Numbered from the stretch's first letter, positions 19,201-29,895 are shown. The stretch is DNA of 64,000 nt from Opitutales bacterium (GCA_965197745.1 CBDANS010000007.1:704001-768000), one strand, 5' to 3'. A program made the numbers and translations. The notes: generated by a model not told the origin, from the sequence alone.

Positions 19201-22153
19201 AGGCACCGCCAAGTTGCTGACAATTCAAATAGATAAAAAACACAGCCCCAACAGCTTCCTGGAAGCTTTGATGGTATCCGATTTCCAGATTTTTCAAAAT
19301 CGCACAGAAATAGTGACGCCCCCCTATGATAATTTTCTCAAAGTCGAAGTCACCCCTGACGCTGAAGGATATCAACCAGGTGAAAAGGGCTTATATTCGA
19401 TAGTAGTTACTGACAATGATGGCAAACCGGTCTCGGCTGAAGTATCCCTCGGTCTAATAGACGAAGCGGTCTATTATATTCAGCCGGAGATGGCTTTAGA
19501 TATTCGACAATTTTTCTTTGGTCAAAAGCGTGTGAATGCTATTCGAAATGCCAGCACCTTTGAGCAGAAGTCATATTTTCGTTTCAAGCCACAACCGTCA
19601 GATTTAAATGGATATCGAGTAGGGCTTCGCCAGATGGCACCCCGGGAGTCCTTTGAAGCTGGTGGTCTGACCGCAAAGTCAGATATTGGAACAGGAAGCG
19701 CCACACGGGATCAACTGGGCAGGGTACTCGAGGAGGACGCTGTTGTGATGAGCGAAGGATATATTCATGCTGGTGAAGAACCTGTGGTCGTCGTGCGTTC
19801 AGATTTTCGATCGACTGCTTTTTGGCAGCCCGCCATTATAACTGACAAAGAAGGTAAAGCTAAGGTTGAGGTATCTTTTCCCGATTCACTCACCACATGG
19901 AAAGCCAAGGCGCGAGCTGTTTCTCAGAAGAATCATTTTGGAAGCGGTGAGAATGATAGGCAGACTCGTCTACCTTTAATCGCCCGTTTACAAGCGCCTC
20001 GATTTTTCCTGACCGGTGATACTTTGTTCGTGTCCGGTATATTCAACAATAATACCAGTCGGCCCATGCGTATCCACCCGAAGTTAGAGGCGACGGGTAT
20101 CGAAATAGAGGGCTACCTCGATGAAAATGGTGGCCTGGTTAAAGGGACCCCCGGTCCGATAGAAACATTAGCCGAATCGGAAGTGTGTATCGATTGGCAG
20201 GTGCGCGTTACTACACCAGGAGAGACCCATCTCATACTAACAGGTAAAAGTAGTGAGTATGCTGACGCTATGACAAAACAGTTTCCTGTATATGAACATG
20301 GCATTGAAAAATTCATGGGAAAATCCGGCAAGACGCACGCTGATCACCTGGAAATTCCTCTCGATATTCCAGCACAAAGGAAAAAGGAATCGACTGCTCT
20401 GAGTGTTCAGGTGACACCAAGCATGGCCGTTACACTCTTAGATGCGCTCCCCTACCTCATTGATTATCCCTATGGATGCACCGAACAAACTATGAGCCGG
20501 TTCCTGCCCGCGATAATCGTTGCCAAAACACTAAACGAACAAGGTATCGATTCAGAGGCCATTGCCGGAAAGATTTTTGGCGGCATTGAGCGGAAATCTA
20601 TTGCTGCGACACATCCCCGGGGAAGTGGGCATCTCGAGGAACTCGATACCATTGTGAGACAGGGTTTGCGTCGCTTATATGACCTTCAACATACCAGCGG
20701 CGGTTGGGGTTGGTGGGAAGAAGGAGATGATGATCATTTTATGTCCGCTTATGTCACCTGGGGACTCACGCTGGCTCATCGGGCAGGAGTTGAAATGGAT
20801 ACATCAGTTCTCCAGCGTGCTCAGGATTTTTTGGAAAAGGAGCTCGTCGAGGAAGAATTTTCATATGATCTTCAATCGTGGATGCTCCATGCCTTAGCTG
20901 CGCGTTACGACACGGGTGAGGAGAACAAACTATCAAGATTTGAAGCCAAAGCTTTTCTTAATCTGATGAAAAACCGTGATCAACTTAATGCCTACTCCCG
21001 CGCGCTTCTCGCATTATCTGCAAAAAGTTTTGGGTTTGAGGAGGATGCTCGTTTGCTCGTTAAAAATTTACAAAATGGGGTTAAAATTGATGAACGCCCC
21101 GATCAATCTATCCTGATCAATAACGAGGACAATCATAATACAGAGATTATGGGCACCGCCCATTGGGGGGAGGATGGTATTTACTGGCGATGGTCTCAGG
21201 GGGGAGTGGAAGCGACTGCTTTTGCCCTGATGGCCATTTTAAATATCGATCCCGATAATAAATTAGTCGAACCGGTAACGAATTGGCTGGTTAAGAACCG
21301 CCGCGGATCGCAATGGAGCAATACACGTGATACCGCTATTGTCATTCTCGCCCTTAATGAATATTTAAAAGTAACAGGGGAATTGGATACCGTGCTTGAG
21401 TATGAATTGCTGGTAAACGGGCAACCCGTCGCTGAAGTAAGCGTTGACTTAAGCAATGTCTTGGAAGTTCCCTCTTCAATTAAGGTAGACCGTAATCTTA
21501 TAAAAGATGGTCGCAATATTATCGAAATTCACCGCAAGTCTGGTGAGGGTCCGATATACTTTGCAGTTAATGCCGAATATTTCAGCCTTGAAGATCCGAT
21601 AACTGCTGAGGGCAACGAAATCTTTGTTGAAAGACAGTTTTACCGTATAAAAAACGTTCCAACTTTGCTTAAAGGTTTTAACGAAGAAAAAGCACTGCTC
21701 GTGGATGGCGAGTTCCTTGCAAGCGGTGATCGATTTGAAGTTGTCCTTACCATCGACGGGAAAAACAATTATGAATATTTAATATTTGAAGATTTAAAAG
21801 CTGCGGGATTTGAATCTGTGCAGCTTCGCAGCGGGGGAATGATCCAGGTGCGTGAACTCAAGGCAGCCGCTGCAAAGAGAGATGCTGAATCGATAGAACA
21901 AGGAATTACACCGGTAGAAGAGAAGGATCGTTACACCGAGCGCAGTCAACCGGTTTACCAGGAACTCCGTGATCGGAAGATCGCGTCTTTTATAAATAGA
22001 CTGCCCGAGGGATACTGGGAGATTCGCTATCGATTGCGCGCTGAAGTGCCCGGAGAATTTCACGCCCTTCCTATTCTCGCGCATGCCATGTATGTTCCTG
22101 AGATCCGCGCAAACGGGACCGAGATTCGTTTGTCTATTAAGGATAGGAAGTGA
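16226..22153 (+). CDS. Bacterial alpha-2-macroglobulin family protein with intact thioester motif
   Basis: YTDRPAYRPEE (MG2), FRLEEYKLPEF, VRSDFRSTAFW, PDSLTTW, YPYGCTEQT (CxEQ at 20477-20488), AMYVPE. Confidence 0.95.
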   Translation: MAFSSNYRGPDNTRSTFYKLLLLTGIFITALIQVLAQSDNLPAPAFAELKAKADNYYENKSYALALKIYEDISALPLSPEQQRWITYRRADSQWRAQEATRSPDDTILQEARITLEDLLHDIEGELPRPQLWAEGQESLGDSWWMSINQRNWNQAWHHYEKGFDFWAGSSDLQVARHRYLNLAWKITQSPDTQLKNYTYGYSGNYLPVPILENLISLSIEPGDKAQAHYLMAMTLRSRGGQNHQLARIGEEFTAALELGKKTDWYDDALFNFAQWAGQSGHNGYDDNGNLFSEPDFEKALMLYRRLLTEYKKGETRYYDSATSAINEITTPKVNLSVPHVFTPGAEVFFNLNWRQTDTVEITIYPVKLARDVDFSNTRYEPWQWLQTINTDGKKTFKKMSQSKVPKRPYYPMSDSIRLEGEIPPGAYLIEARGGEQTARDIILVNDSALVLKTTNRRAVGFFCNAVTGKPIPEGKLVVWEYRRDGDKSIWNRVSRPLDGQGLANIKFKKASQNRSYFASAIYDEQQAFAISSYNYNTARSDMEWRIYAYTDRPAYRPEETVYWKAIARQYDDESYFIPSEESITYHIDDPRGSTVQEGRVTVNAFGAFWDDLTLTPDMTLGVYNITFQRDSDKMWLGSAALFRLEEYKLPEFKVSITLGDTEVTSPGAYQMGDTVIGTVQADYYFGGPVPNADVELIIYRRPFFHGWKPAREFSWYYDNSPAMRWRYYGGPGEVVKRETLQTDTRGVASFSIDTPQYSDQDHEYTIEARITDASRREIVKTRSVKVTRQSYFVYLEPEHRLYQPNDQVKIFIHAFDANSRPVRAEGRLRLTRDRWKEIWIDDHGREISGEKLSDIKARPSFFHTFTTAPQDYRLKSQGYETEEIEITRLMTNNDGEAVYTFEVPQSGYYRVAWVSRDKSGQPIKSDTALWAAKNRDTELGYHPGGVSIIVDKETFKVGNKAPVMLTVPANDRYLLFSVGAEDILSAQVVHVEGTAKLLTIQIDKKHSPNSFLEALMVSDFQIFQNRTEIVTPPYDNFLKVEVTPDAEGYQPGEKGLYSIVVTDNDGKPVSAEVSLGLIDEAVYYIQPEMALDIRQFFFGQKRVNAIRNASTFEQKSYFRFKPQPSDLNGYRVGLRQMAPRESFEAGGLTAKSDIGTGSATRDQLGRVLEEDAVVMSEGYIHAGEEPVVVVRSDFRSTAFWQPAIITDKEGKAKVEVSFPDSLTTWKAKARAVSQKNHFGSGENDRQTRLPLIARLQAPRFFLTGDTLFVSGIFNNNTSRPMRIHPKLEATGIEIEGYLDENGGLVKGTPGPIETLAESEVCIDWQVRVTTPGETHLILTGKSSEYADAMTKQFPVYEHGIEKFMGKSGKTHADHLEIPLDIPAQRKKESTALSVQVTPSMAVTLLDALPYLIDYPYGCTEQTMSRFLPAIIVAKTLNEQGIDSEAIAGKIFGGIERKSIAATHPRGSGHLEELDTIVRQGLRRLYDLQHTSGGWGWWEEGDDDHFMSAYVTWGLTLAHRAGVEMDTSVLQRAQDFLEKELVEEEFSYDLQSWMLHALAARYDTGEENKLSRFEAKAFLNLMKNRDQLNAYSRALLALSAKSFGFEEDARLLVKNLQNGVKIDERPDQSILINNEDNHNTEIMGTAHWGEDGIYWRWSQGGVEATAFALMAILNIDPDNKLVEPVTNWLVKNRRGSQWSNTRDTAIVILALNEYLKVTGELDTVLEYELLVNGQPVAEVSVDLSNVLEVPSSIKVDRNLIKDGRNIIEIHRKSGEGPIYFAVNAEYFSLEDPITAEGNEIFVERQFYRIKNVPTLLKGFNEEKALLVDGEFLASGDRFEVVLTIDGKNNYEYLIFEDLKAAGFESVQLRSGGMIQVRELKAAAAKRDAESIEQGITPVEEKDRYTERSQPVYQELRDRKIASFINRLPEGYWEIRYRLRAEVPGEFHALPILAHAMYVPEIRANGTEIRLSIKDRK

Positions 22154-22200
22154 AAACGACGGCTGATCGCGACCATTAAGAAGCATCATCATACGATAAA

Positions 22201-22321
22201 TCATCGTCTTCGTCTGCCTCATCGTCTTCGTCCTTTTTTACTCTAATTATTAAATAATAAGGGTATAAAATCTAAGACTATTTACACACTTCCCAGCGGC
22301 CACGACGGAGCGTGGCCCTCC
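22201..22321 (+). repeat. Family A element with terminal REP-like hairpin
   Basis: TCGTCTTCGTCTGCCTCATCGTCTTCGTCC...TCTAAGACTATT...CTTCCCAGCGGCCACGACGGAGCGTGGCCCTCC. Confidence 0.92.
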
Positions 22322-22378
22322 AAAAACCTAACCACCTAAAACGTAACACAGAAAATCTAAGGATTTTCTACCTTTTGA

Positions 22379-23656
22379 CTAAATCCTTTTTATCCCCTCA
22401 CTGATAACAGCGATGGCTTTTTCAATTATCTTATTATCATGGGCGGTACTGATGAAGCACACTTCATACGCTGACGGAGGCAAGTATACACCATGATTGA
22501 GAGCATATTGAAATAAGGATTTAAAAAGCTCCGTATTGCTGTTACTGACGTCGTCTACATTATTGATAGGCTTATCGGAGAATAGCATACAAAAAATCGA
22601 TCCTGCCTGGGGTACCTGCACAGGCAGTCCTTTTCCTTCAGCTGCTTCGATAATAGCATTCTTAATTTTCCTTCCTGCCTGTTCAAGTTGATCATAGGGA
22701 TCCGTCTCATGCAGTAATCTCAGTGCTGCTATGCCCGCCGCTAAGGCCAGAGGATTGCCGCTCAATGTCCCCGCCTGGTAGACAGGGCCCTGGGGTGCCA
22801 GCATATCCATTATTTCAGCTTTTCCACCAAAAGCACCTACAGGTAACCCTCCGCCAATAATTTTACCGAGGGCTGTGAGATCTGGCGTTACATTTTCCTT
22901 TTCCTGAACACCGCCAGATGAGACTCGGAACCCGGAAATAACTTCGTCGAAAATGAGAATACTTTCATATTTATGACAAAGGGCTCTCAGTTTTTCGAGG
23001 TAGCCGGAATGAGGCAGAATCAGACCATTATTGGCGGGGTAGGGTTCCAGGATAACCCCGGCGATAGTATCGCCATTTTCGATGAAGGCAGTTTCCAGTG
23101 CAGCACTATCATTGAAGGGTAAAACCAGCGTTTCACCCGCGAAACTGTTGGGAATACCCTCGCTGTCGGGATGTCCAAAAGTAAGCGCTCCCGAACCGGC
23201 TTTTACAAGTAGAGAATCGACGTGACCATGATAACATCCTGCGAACTTAATGATTTTATCGCGGTGAGTGTACCCTCGCGCCAGTCGAATGCAGGACATC
23301 GTCGCCTCGGTGCCGCTATTGACCATCCGTACTTTTTCCATGGAAGGGAGTGCTTGCGTGATGATTTCAGCTATCTCTACTTCATAAGGATGAGGTGTTC
23401 CAAAACTCGTTCCTTTGGAAAGCGCTTCTGCGATAGCTTGATTGATGACAGGATGATTATGACCGTGGATAGCCGGTCCCCAGGAGCAGACAAAATCAAT
23501 TAATTCATGGCCTTCTACAGTGACGAGAACGGCCCCATTTGCCTGTTGAGTATAGAAGGGTGAACCACCGACTGAATGGAAGGCCCTCACGGGTGAATTC
23601 ACGCCACCCGGCATTATTTTCAAAGCTCTTTTGTATAATTCTTCAGAGGTACTCAT
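22379..23656 (-). CDS. hemL: Glutamate-1-semialdehyde 2,1-aminomutase
   Basis: [48 protein letters not shown]. Confidence 0.98.
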   Translation of the reverse strand: MSTSEELYKRALKIMPGGVNSPVRAFHSVGGSPFYTQQANGAVLVTVEGHELIDFVCSWGPAIHGHNHPVINQAIAEALSKGTSFGTPHPYEVEIAEIITQALPSMEKVRMVNSGTEATMSCIRLARGYTHRDKIIKFAGCYHGHVDSLLVKAGSGALTFGHPDSEGIPNSFAGETLVLPFNDSAALETAFIENGDTIAGVILEPYPANNGLILPHSGYLEKLRALCHKYESILIFDEVISGFRVSSGGVQEKENVTPDLTALGKIIGGGLPVGAFGGKAEIMDMLAPQGPVYQAGTLSGNPLALAAGIAALRLLHETDPYDQLEQAGRKIKNAIIEAAEGKGLPVQVPQAGSIFCMLFSDKPINNVDDVSNSNTELFKSLFQYALNHGVYLPPSAYEVCFISTAHDNKIIEKAIAVISEGIKRI

Positions 23657-23858
23657 TAATAAATTCAGGTTAAAATAAGGAATGGGGTAAATCTTTGTCT
23701 TCGTCTGCGCTTGCCACGTCGTAGTCTACTGGCGAAGACGGTTTTGCCTCTTCGTCCTGAAAATAGCGCTCTGTGAGATTGAATTGGTTTAATCTGTGAC
23801 GAAGACGAAGAGGTAGACGAAGACGAAGAGTATTCCATAAACAAATGCTCATTCAAGT

Positions 23859-25493
23859 TTAGCTGATATAACGCTGCACAATGGGAATACGACGGCCGAC
23901 ACCAAATGCGAGGGGGGTAATCTTTAAGCCAGGTGCCGCTTGTTTTCTTTTGTATTCATTTAAATCCACTTTGCGGATTATGTCTTTAACCGTGGTTTTA
24001 TCGAAACCAGCTTCAATAATCTGATCCGAAAATTTTCCTTCTTCGACATAGAGTTCGAGTATCTGGTCTAATATTTCATAGGGAGGCAGTGAATCCTCAT
24101 CTTTTTGATCGGGCCGTAATTCAGCTGAGGGAGGCTTTTCAATTGAATTCCAGGGAATAATTTCCCGCTCTCTATTAATCCAGCGTGCCAGGTCGTAGAC
24201 TTTTACTTTAGGCAAGTCAGAGATGACTGCAAGTCCTCCGGCCATATCGCCATATAAAGTACAATAACCAACGGCCAATTCGCTTTTATTTCCCGTTGTG
24301 AGAAGAAGGGCGCCAAATTTATTCGATACCGCCATAAGGAGAACACCGCGACTGCGCGCCTGTATATTTTCTTCTGCTACGTCTCGATCTTTTCCTATAA
24401 ATACTGGGTTAAGAATTCTTTCCGTGGCGTCCACCATATCAGCTATTGGCAGTTCGTGATAGGTAATGCCCAGCGTTTGCGCTAGTATTGCGGCATCATC
24501 CTTACTATGTTGGCTGGAAATAGATGAAGGCAGACTGATGCCGATTACATTTTCTTTGCCCAATGCGTCAACTGCAATGGCTGCAGTCACCGAGGAGTCA
24601 ATACCTCCACTAAGACCGAGCAACGCTGTTTTGAATCCACTTTTGTGCGCATAGTCGCGCAAACCTAAAGTTAACGCATCGTGGATATCCGCTATTTCAT
24701 TCTCATCAGGGAATTCGATCTCTATACTGCTCTTCGTGTCTATTACCCTTAAGTCCTCTTTAAAGCTTTTAAGCCTGCAGAGTGTTTTACCTTGAGAGGA
24801 TGTGACCAGGCTGTTTCCATCGAATATTAATTCGTCATTGCCGCCGATCGAATTACAATAAAACACGGGGCAACCGCAGCGTTTGGCAGCATCTTTAGCC
24901 AGTGTTTCACGAAAGTTTCTCTTACCCTTGTGCCATGGACTGGAGGAAAGATTTAAGAGCACATCAATCTTTTCTCCTGCGAGTTGTTCAATCGGATCCT
25001 TGTTGTAGTGTTTTCCGGCATCGATATTGGGTCCTGTCCAGATATCTTCACAGATGGTGACACCCAGTTTTAAACCTTTGAAAACTATTATCTCTGGCTT
25101 TGCCGAAGATTCGAAATAACGGTCTTCGTCAAATACATCGTAAGTGGGCAAAAGGCATTTATGGGCAATTTTTTCTACCTTACCACCCACACACCACGCG
25201 GCGGCATTGTAGAATCTGCGACCTTTTTTTTCAGGATTAAGGGCGACAAATCCAATGAGAGCGGGAATATCCCCCGTTTTCGCGGCAATTTCATGGAGTG
25301 AGGCTTCATTGTCGGGAACAAAACGGCTTTTAAAGAGCAGATCGCGCGGGGGATAGCCGGTTATGACCAGTTCTGGGAATAAAATAAGCTCAGCTCCGTC
25401 CTCGCATAGTTTTTCGTAGGCCGTCAGTATTTTTTGACGGTTGGCGGGTAAATCACCTACCGTTGTATTAATTTGAGCCAGGCCTATTTTCAT
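23859..25493 (-). CDS. nadE: Glutamine-dependent NAD+ synthetase
   Basis: N-terminal nitrilase-fold domain (FPEL, K, ICEDIW) plus [30 protein letters not shown]. Confidence 0.97.
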   Translation of the reverse strand: MKIGLAQINTTVGDLPANRQKILTAYEKLCEDGAELILFPELVITGYPPRDLLFKSRFVPDNEASLHEIAAKTGDIPALIGFVALNPEKKGRRFYNAAAWCVGGKVEKIAHKCLLPTYDVFDEDRYFESSAKPEIIVFKGLKLGVTICEDIWTGPNIDAGKHYNKDPIEQLAGEKIDVLLNLSSSPWHKGKRNFRETLAKDAAKRCGCPVFYCNSIGGNDELIFDGNSLVTSSQGKTLCRLKSFKEDLRVIDTKSSIEIEFPDENEIADIHDALTLGLRDYAHKSGFKTALLGLSGGIDSSVTAAIAVDALGKENVIGISLPSSISSQHSKDDAAILAQTLGITYHELPIADMVDATERILNPVFIGKDRDVAEENIQARSRGVLLMAVSNKFGALLLTTGNKSELAVGYCTLYGDMAGGLAVISDLPKVKVYDLARWINREREIIPWNSIEKPPSAELRPDQKDEDSLPPYEILDQILELYVEEGKFSDQIIEAGFDKTTVKDIIRKVDLNEYKRKQAAPGLKITPLAFGVGRRIPIVQRYIS

Positions 25494-25586
25494 AATTAAA
25501 ATTTACAAGTATTGAGCTTTTTAAAAAAATTTAAAACTTTGCAAAATGAAAGCTGTTATGACCTTTTCTGTCAGGATAGTAATAAA

Positions 25587-26951
25587 ATGGAAAGGATCAA
25601 AACAATACATTTAGGCCACTCTCATAAACTGGAGAGAAAGTTCAAGGTAAAGTTTTTTCAGCTTATTGCCTGGCTCTTAACTTTTTTTCTGGCAGAGACT
25701 GATGGGCTGGCTGAGACCGTAAAACTATCGCTTAGTCAGACATTGGAGATCATCGAAGATGAAAATTTGCAGGTATTAATTAATAGACAAGTGGTTGAAG
25801 AAACCCTACAGAGATCGTACATTGAACGGGCTAGATTGTTGCCTTCATTAAGTCTTGAAAGTGTTCAAATCCGCACGCAATTCGTCAATGTTGGGAGAGG
25901 ATTTGAATTTCCGAGTCCACCGCCAGTGAATCGATTCGACGCAAAAATTTCGGGGGATTTTCCACTTTTTAACGCCAATAACTACGCCAGCTATCGTTTG
26001 GCAAAATTTCAGCACGAAATTTCCGAACTTAATTACAAAAGTGTTCTTGAGGAAATACTCGAAGCGACAGCTATTACTTATCTTACACACTTGCGTAATC
26101 TCAAGCGAATTGAAGTGCTCGATGCTAATATTATACGGGATCGCGTTCTTTTAAATCTTGCCGAAGCACAATTTCAAGCGGGTGTGGCCGCGAGGATCGA
26201 TGTCACGCGCGCGGAGGGACAGCTCGCGACAGATGAAAAGGTGCGATTGCAGCAGGATACTTTGGTCATGCGCAGTGAACTTCAATTAAAACGGTTGCTT
26301 AAACTTAATCTTGAGGCGGATTTGCAGCTTGAGTATATCGAATTGAATAATCCCGATCAAAGCCAGGCCTTTAATTTTTCTCTGGAACACATTCATGAAT
26401 TGCGGCCCGATTACATAGAAGCAGCACATGAACTGACCCGAAATCGTTATGCAAAAAAAGCAGCCAATCTTGAAAAGTTGCCTACAGTGCAGGTCTTTGG
26501 TGAGTATGGTTATGCCACAGAGGAGGCTTTTGATGGTAATGAAGATGATGCCTGGATAGTGGGTCTGTATTTATCTTTTCCTATTTTTGAAGGTTTTCGC
26601 ATACGCTCCAATATTCATCAGGCCTTAGCGGCTATTCGCAGGCAGGAGTTGGCTGTCGAAGACCTGCAGTTGGAAATCAATTCGGAATATATACTCGCGC
26701 GTCAGGACGCCCGATCACGTTTTAAACAAATCGACATTGTCCGTAAGAAAGTAGAGTTGAGCGATGAAGAACTAGAATTGGCACGCAATCGATTTGAAGG
26801 GGGTGTCGCTGATAATCGTGATCTTACAGACGCGCAGGCATCACTGGCTGAGGCCAATGATGAACTGGTTGATGCGGTCTATCTCTACAACTTGAGTCGC
26901 CTTGAGTTGGCGCGCGCGCGTGGTGATGTACGATTGTTGATCAGTGAATAA
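25587..26951 (+). CDS. TolC family outer membrane efflux protein
   Basis: Two OEP repeats (ARLLPSLSL...FPLFN; EKLPTV...FPIFEG), coiled-coil helices. Start uncertain (25512 TTG or 25587 ATG). Confidence 0.85.
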   Translation: MERIKTIHLGHSHKLERKFKVKFFQLIAWLLTFFLAETDGLAETVKLSLSQTLEIIEDENLQVLINRQVVEETLQRSYIERARLLPSLSLESVQIRTQFVNVGRGFEFPSPPPVNRFDAKISGDFPLFNANNYASYRLAKFQHEISELNYKSVLEEILEATAITYLTHLRNLKRIEVLDANIIRDRVLLNLAEAQFQAGVAARIDVTRAEGQLATDEKVRLQQDTLVMRSELQLKRLLKLNLEADLQLEYIELNNPDQSQAFNFSLEHIHELRPDYIEAAHELTRNRYAKKAANLEKLPTVQVFGEYGYATEEAFDGNEDDAWIVGLYLSFPIFEGFRIRSNIHQALAAIRRQELAVEDLQLEINSEYILARQDARSRFKQIDIVRKKVELSDEELELARNRFEGGVADNRDLTDAQASLAEANDELVDAVYLYNLSRLELARARGDVRLLISE

Positions 26952-26987
26952 ATTTAAACGCTTTCGGTATTGAGATGATTAAAATGA

Positions 26988-27235
26988 TCTTCGTCTTCGT
27001 CTGCCTCCTCGTCTTGGTCCACTTATACCCTAATTACTAAATAATAATGGGTATTAAATCTGAGACTGTTATTCATACTTCCCAACGGACGCTCCGTCGT
27101 GGCCGCTTAAGAGTGTGATTAAACAATGGGTAGAAATTTATATAGGTTATATGTTATACTCAAAACACTTTCTAATTTGTGCTTTTGGAAGATCTCACTT
27201 CGCTCGGTAGTGGCTATCTCAATCCAGGGACCAAG
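26988..27235 (+). repeat. Composite repeat: family A, collapsed REP pair, then segment B (reverse complement of 48528-48810)
   Basis: A body 26988-27090; 27091-27235 aligns with the reverse complement of about 48528-48680. Confidence 0.85.
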
Positions 27236-27439
27236 ACCAAGACGCAGATAATTAGAACCAAACCTCGATCTTATGGCTGTTAAGGACAGTCGCCAGGAGC
27301 ATGCTTTTCTCTTCTCGACTCGCTTAATTCATGATAAAGGCTCATTCTGGTATTTCAATTATCAGGTTTTTTAAAACAATTCGGGATTGGTGTTGTTTTT
27401 ACATATTAAAACTAATCGAATTTTTTAGTATCATTTGAG

Positions 27440-28603
27440 ATGTCAGTTATTCTGGAGGACAAGAAAGAGAAAAAATCCAATGTCCGGTCCTATCGTAATA
27501 CGGCCAGTCAGCCCTATGATTACGAATCGACCCTGGTCAGCATTGTTCTGACTCTCTTGATTCACCTCTTGGTCTATTGGATTATTCCAAAAAATATTGC
27601 GGTGTCCTTCGAGGAAAGCGGCAGAAAAAATGAAGTGGAATATGTATTTGAAGAGTTTAAAGAAGAGCCCGATACCGAGACGATGCGCTTTGTCGAAACC
27701 AATCCTGATGTCCCCACGAATGTGCCGGATAATACAATTAATATTGCTGCCCGTGACCAACAGGCAGCACAGCCTGATCCTTCCGAAATTGGTGATGAAG
27801 CGACACCTTTCCTCAACGGAGAGGAGGAGTTATCTCCTAAAATTCTGACGGGCAGACTGCCCTCACAATCGCAGCCAATTGTTGCCCCTTATCAAGAAGC
27901 ATCTGCATCTCAGGAATCACCGCAAAGCAGTTTATCATCGGTAGAAGATGGCGTAACTATGGTTGCTCCACAACCGCCACCAATTCCAGACTTCATTGAT
28001 CAGGAGCCCGAGATTGAAGATGGGCTGGCGAGCAGGTTGGAACCTGGGGAAGGAAAGGTTCCTACGGAGGAGGACTCGGATCAAAAACATATCAATCTTA
28101 ACCTCAGTCCCATTAATTCAGATAGCGTGGATCCACTGCAGCCTGGTGCTCAACCGCAAGTAGCCAGTGTGAATTCGCAGTCACAACCGCAATTACCGCG
28201 TCCCCGCCCAAGACTTTCTTCCGATGTCTTGCCGGGTCCTACGATGAAATCAATGACCGGGGTATCAGGCCTGGGAATGATTTCGATCGAAGCCAAATTC
28301 AGTGAATATGGTGATTATCTCCAGCGTATGTATGAAGCGATAGGCTATCAATGGTTATTGCTTGCCAATCAAACACGCCGGGCTGCTGCCCAAATTTCCT
28401 CCCGCGTTATTCTTGATTTTGTGATCTTTAAAAATGGGGAGATTAAAGACCTTCAAGTTATTCATTCCACCGCCGGCCAGACAGCTACGCTTATCTGCAA
28501 AGATGCGGTTCAATCGCGCACGCCCTTTGGTAAGTGGACTGAGGAAATGGTTCGGACCCTGGGAGACGAACAGGAGATTCGGGTGACATTTATTTATCAA
28601 TGA
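27440..28603 (+). CDS. Membrane-anchored Pro/Glu/Gln-rich protein with TonB/TolA-like C-terminal domain
   Basis: Single TM with a His (LLIHLL), long low-complexity linker, C-terminal Y..RM..AI...W..VILDFVI.KNG.I...P.PF. Confidence 0.6.
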   Translation: MSVILEDKKEKKSNVRSYRNTASQPYDYESTLVSIVLTLLIHLLVYWIIPKNIAVSFEESGRKNEVEYVFEEFKEEPDTETMRFVETNPDVPTNVPDNTINIAARDQQAAQPDPSEIGDEATPFLNGEEELSPKILTGRLPSQSQPIVAPYQEASASQESPQSSLSSVEDGVTMVAPQPPPIPDFIDQEPEIEDGLASRLEPGEGKVPTEEDSDQKHINLNLSPINSDSVDPLQPGAQPQVASVNSQSQPQLPRPRPRLSSDVLPGPTMKSMTGVSGLGMISIEAKFSEYGDYLQRMYEAIGYQWLLLANQTRRAAAQISSRVILDFVIFKNGEIKDLQVIHSTAGQTATLICKDAVQSRTPFGKWTEEMVRTLGDEQEIRVTFIYQ

Positions 28604-29374
28604 GACTTACGCTGGAAATAAAGGGAGCCGATTTGCCGCTGGGTCCAGGGGTGACAGTCAACAATGCCCATTCTTGCGGATTGATTGCTTTTAATAAGCC
28701 TGATGGTATCCGCTCTCATCCCAACACGGAAAAAGTGGATCAACGCGCTCTGTTGACCTGTTTATACGATTTGAAGCAGCAATATTACTCTTGGGTATTG
28801 CCAGATGGAAAAGAGAAAAAAATGTACTTACTGAACCGTTTGGATTCACCCGCATCCGGATTGATTATAGGTGCGACAACGCGTGAGCTTGCTGAATATG
28901 TGAAGAATTGTTTTCTTAATAAAAAGATTGATAAACTTTACCATGCGATCGTTTTTAACAGTCGGCTAAAAATTAATAGTCCCTGGCGTGACACTATTAA
29001 AGTTACAAGGAAAAGCGGTAAGCTTCGTTCCCAGGTGGATTCCCCTCAAGGCGATTTCGCTCTTACCCACGTTCGCCTGTCGAGTTCTCCTTCTGAAAAT
29101 TCTAATTGCGCTCTTATAGAATTACGACCCGTAACCGGGCGCACCCATCAACTGCGTGTTCAGTGCGCAAAAAGAAAATTTCCCATAGTCGGCGACAGTA
29201 CATATGGCGACTTTCGTCTTAATCGAGAGCTGCAAAAAATTACGGGGCAGCAAACGGCTCTTTTTGCATGCCAGTCATATTCGCATTCCATTGGAGGATG
29301 ATAAAGAGACGGATTATTTTGAAGCGGAATCTAAATTGCCGCCAGTATTTTACAATTTGATAAATAAGCATTAA
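28600..29374 (+). CDS. RluA family pseudouridine synthase, apparent frameshift near 29244-29247
   Basis: NKPDG, NRLDSPASGL (catalytic Asp), TGRTHQLRV, PIVGD..YG. The final RLFLHA motif is in another frame that ends at TAA 29374. Confidence 0.85.
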
Positions 29375-29506
29375 AGCATGTCCCAACGCGGGGAGAAGTG
29401 TAACTGTATTATTAAAGTCACCTACTTTAAATATGAATTGAAGAGACGATCCCTCACGGGAAAGATCCGAGCTGAAGCTGGTATTCATAAGCACCATGTT
29501 TACTCG

Positions 29507-29673
29507 CCTGGAATGGAAGATGTCGTCCCGCTACAGGGGGACTCGGTAGCTTCGTCATTTTGCTCCTCGCAATGACAATAGGAGTGAAACCTGTAAGAAC
29601 ATATTTAGAAAATACTATCAATTTAATAATTTGTCATTGCGAGACCTGCAACCGCAGGACGAAGCAATCCAGG
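29507..29673. repeat. Inverted pair of GTCATTGCGAG...GAAGC(A)ATCCAGG elements (family D); the left copy carries an inserted module
   Basis: Minus copy 29507-29576 and plus copy 29633-29673; further copies at 41827-41895 (+) and 42130-42164 (-). Confidence 0.85.
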
Positions 29674-29895
29674 CGAATGTCTATTGCCTGTCCTTGGCCT
29701 ACGGAGGGTAGGGTTTACCCTTAATCGAACGATTGCCAGTTTACAAATCCAGATAGCCACGCGTTGTCGCAGCCGTATAGGAGCCTGAATAAATGATAGG
29801 CCGCTATCTAAATGGAAGCACAAAGACCAAGATGATGACGTTGACGAAGACGAAGATAAACTATTTTTTAATACCAATCCACTCGAATCAGGACA

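Noticed and set aside
23665..23856. Short Ser-rich or Arg-rich ORFs (also 29623-29877, 38373-38783, 35267-35479, 42390-42614, 48404-48592, 54356-54616, 11859-12116)
   Set aside because: They are translations of the non-coding repeat modules, with no consistent frame, start or stop between copies.
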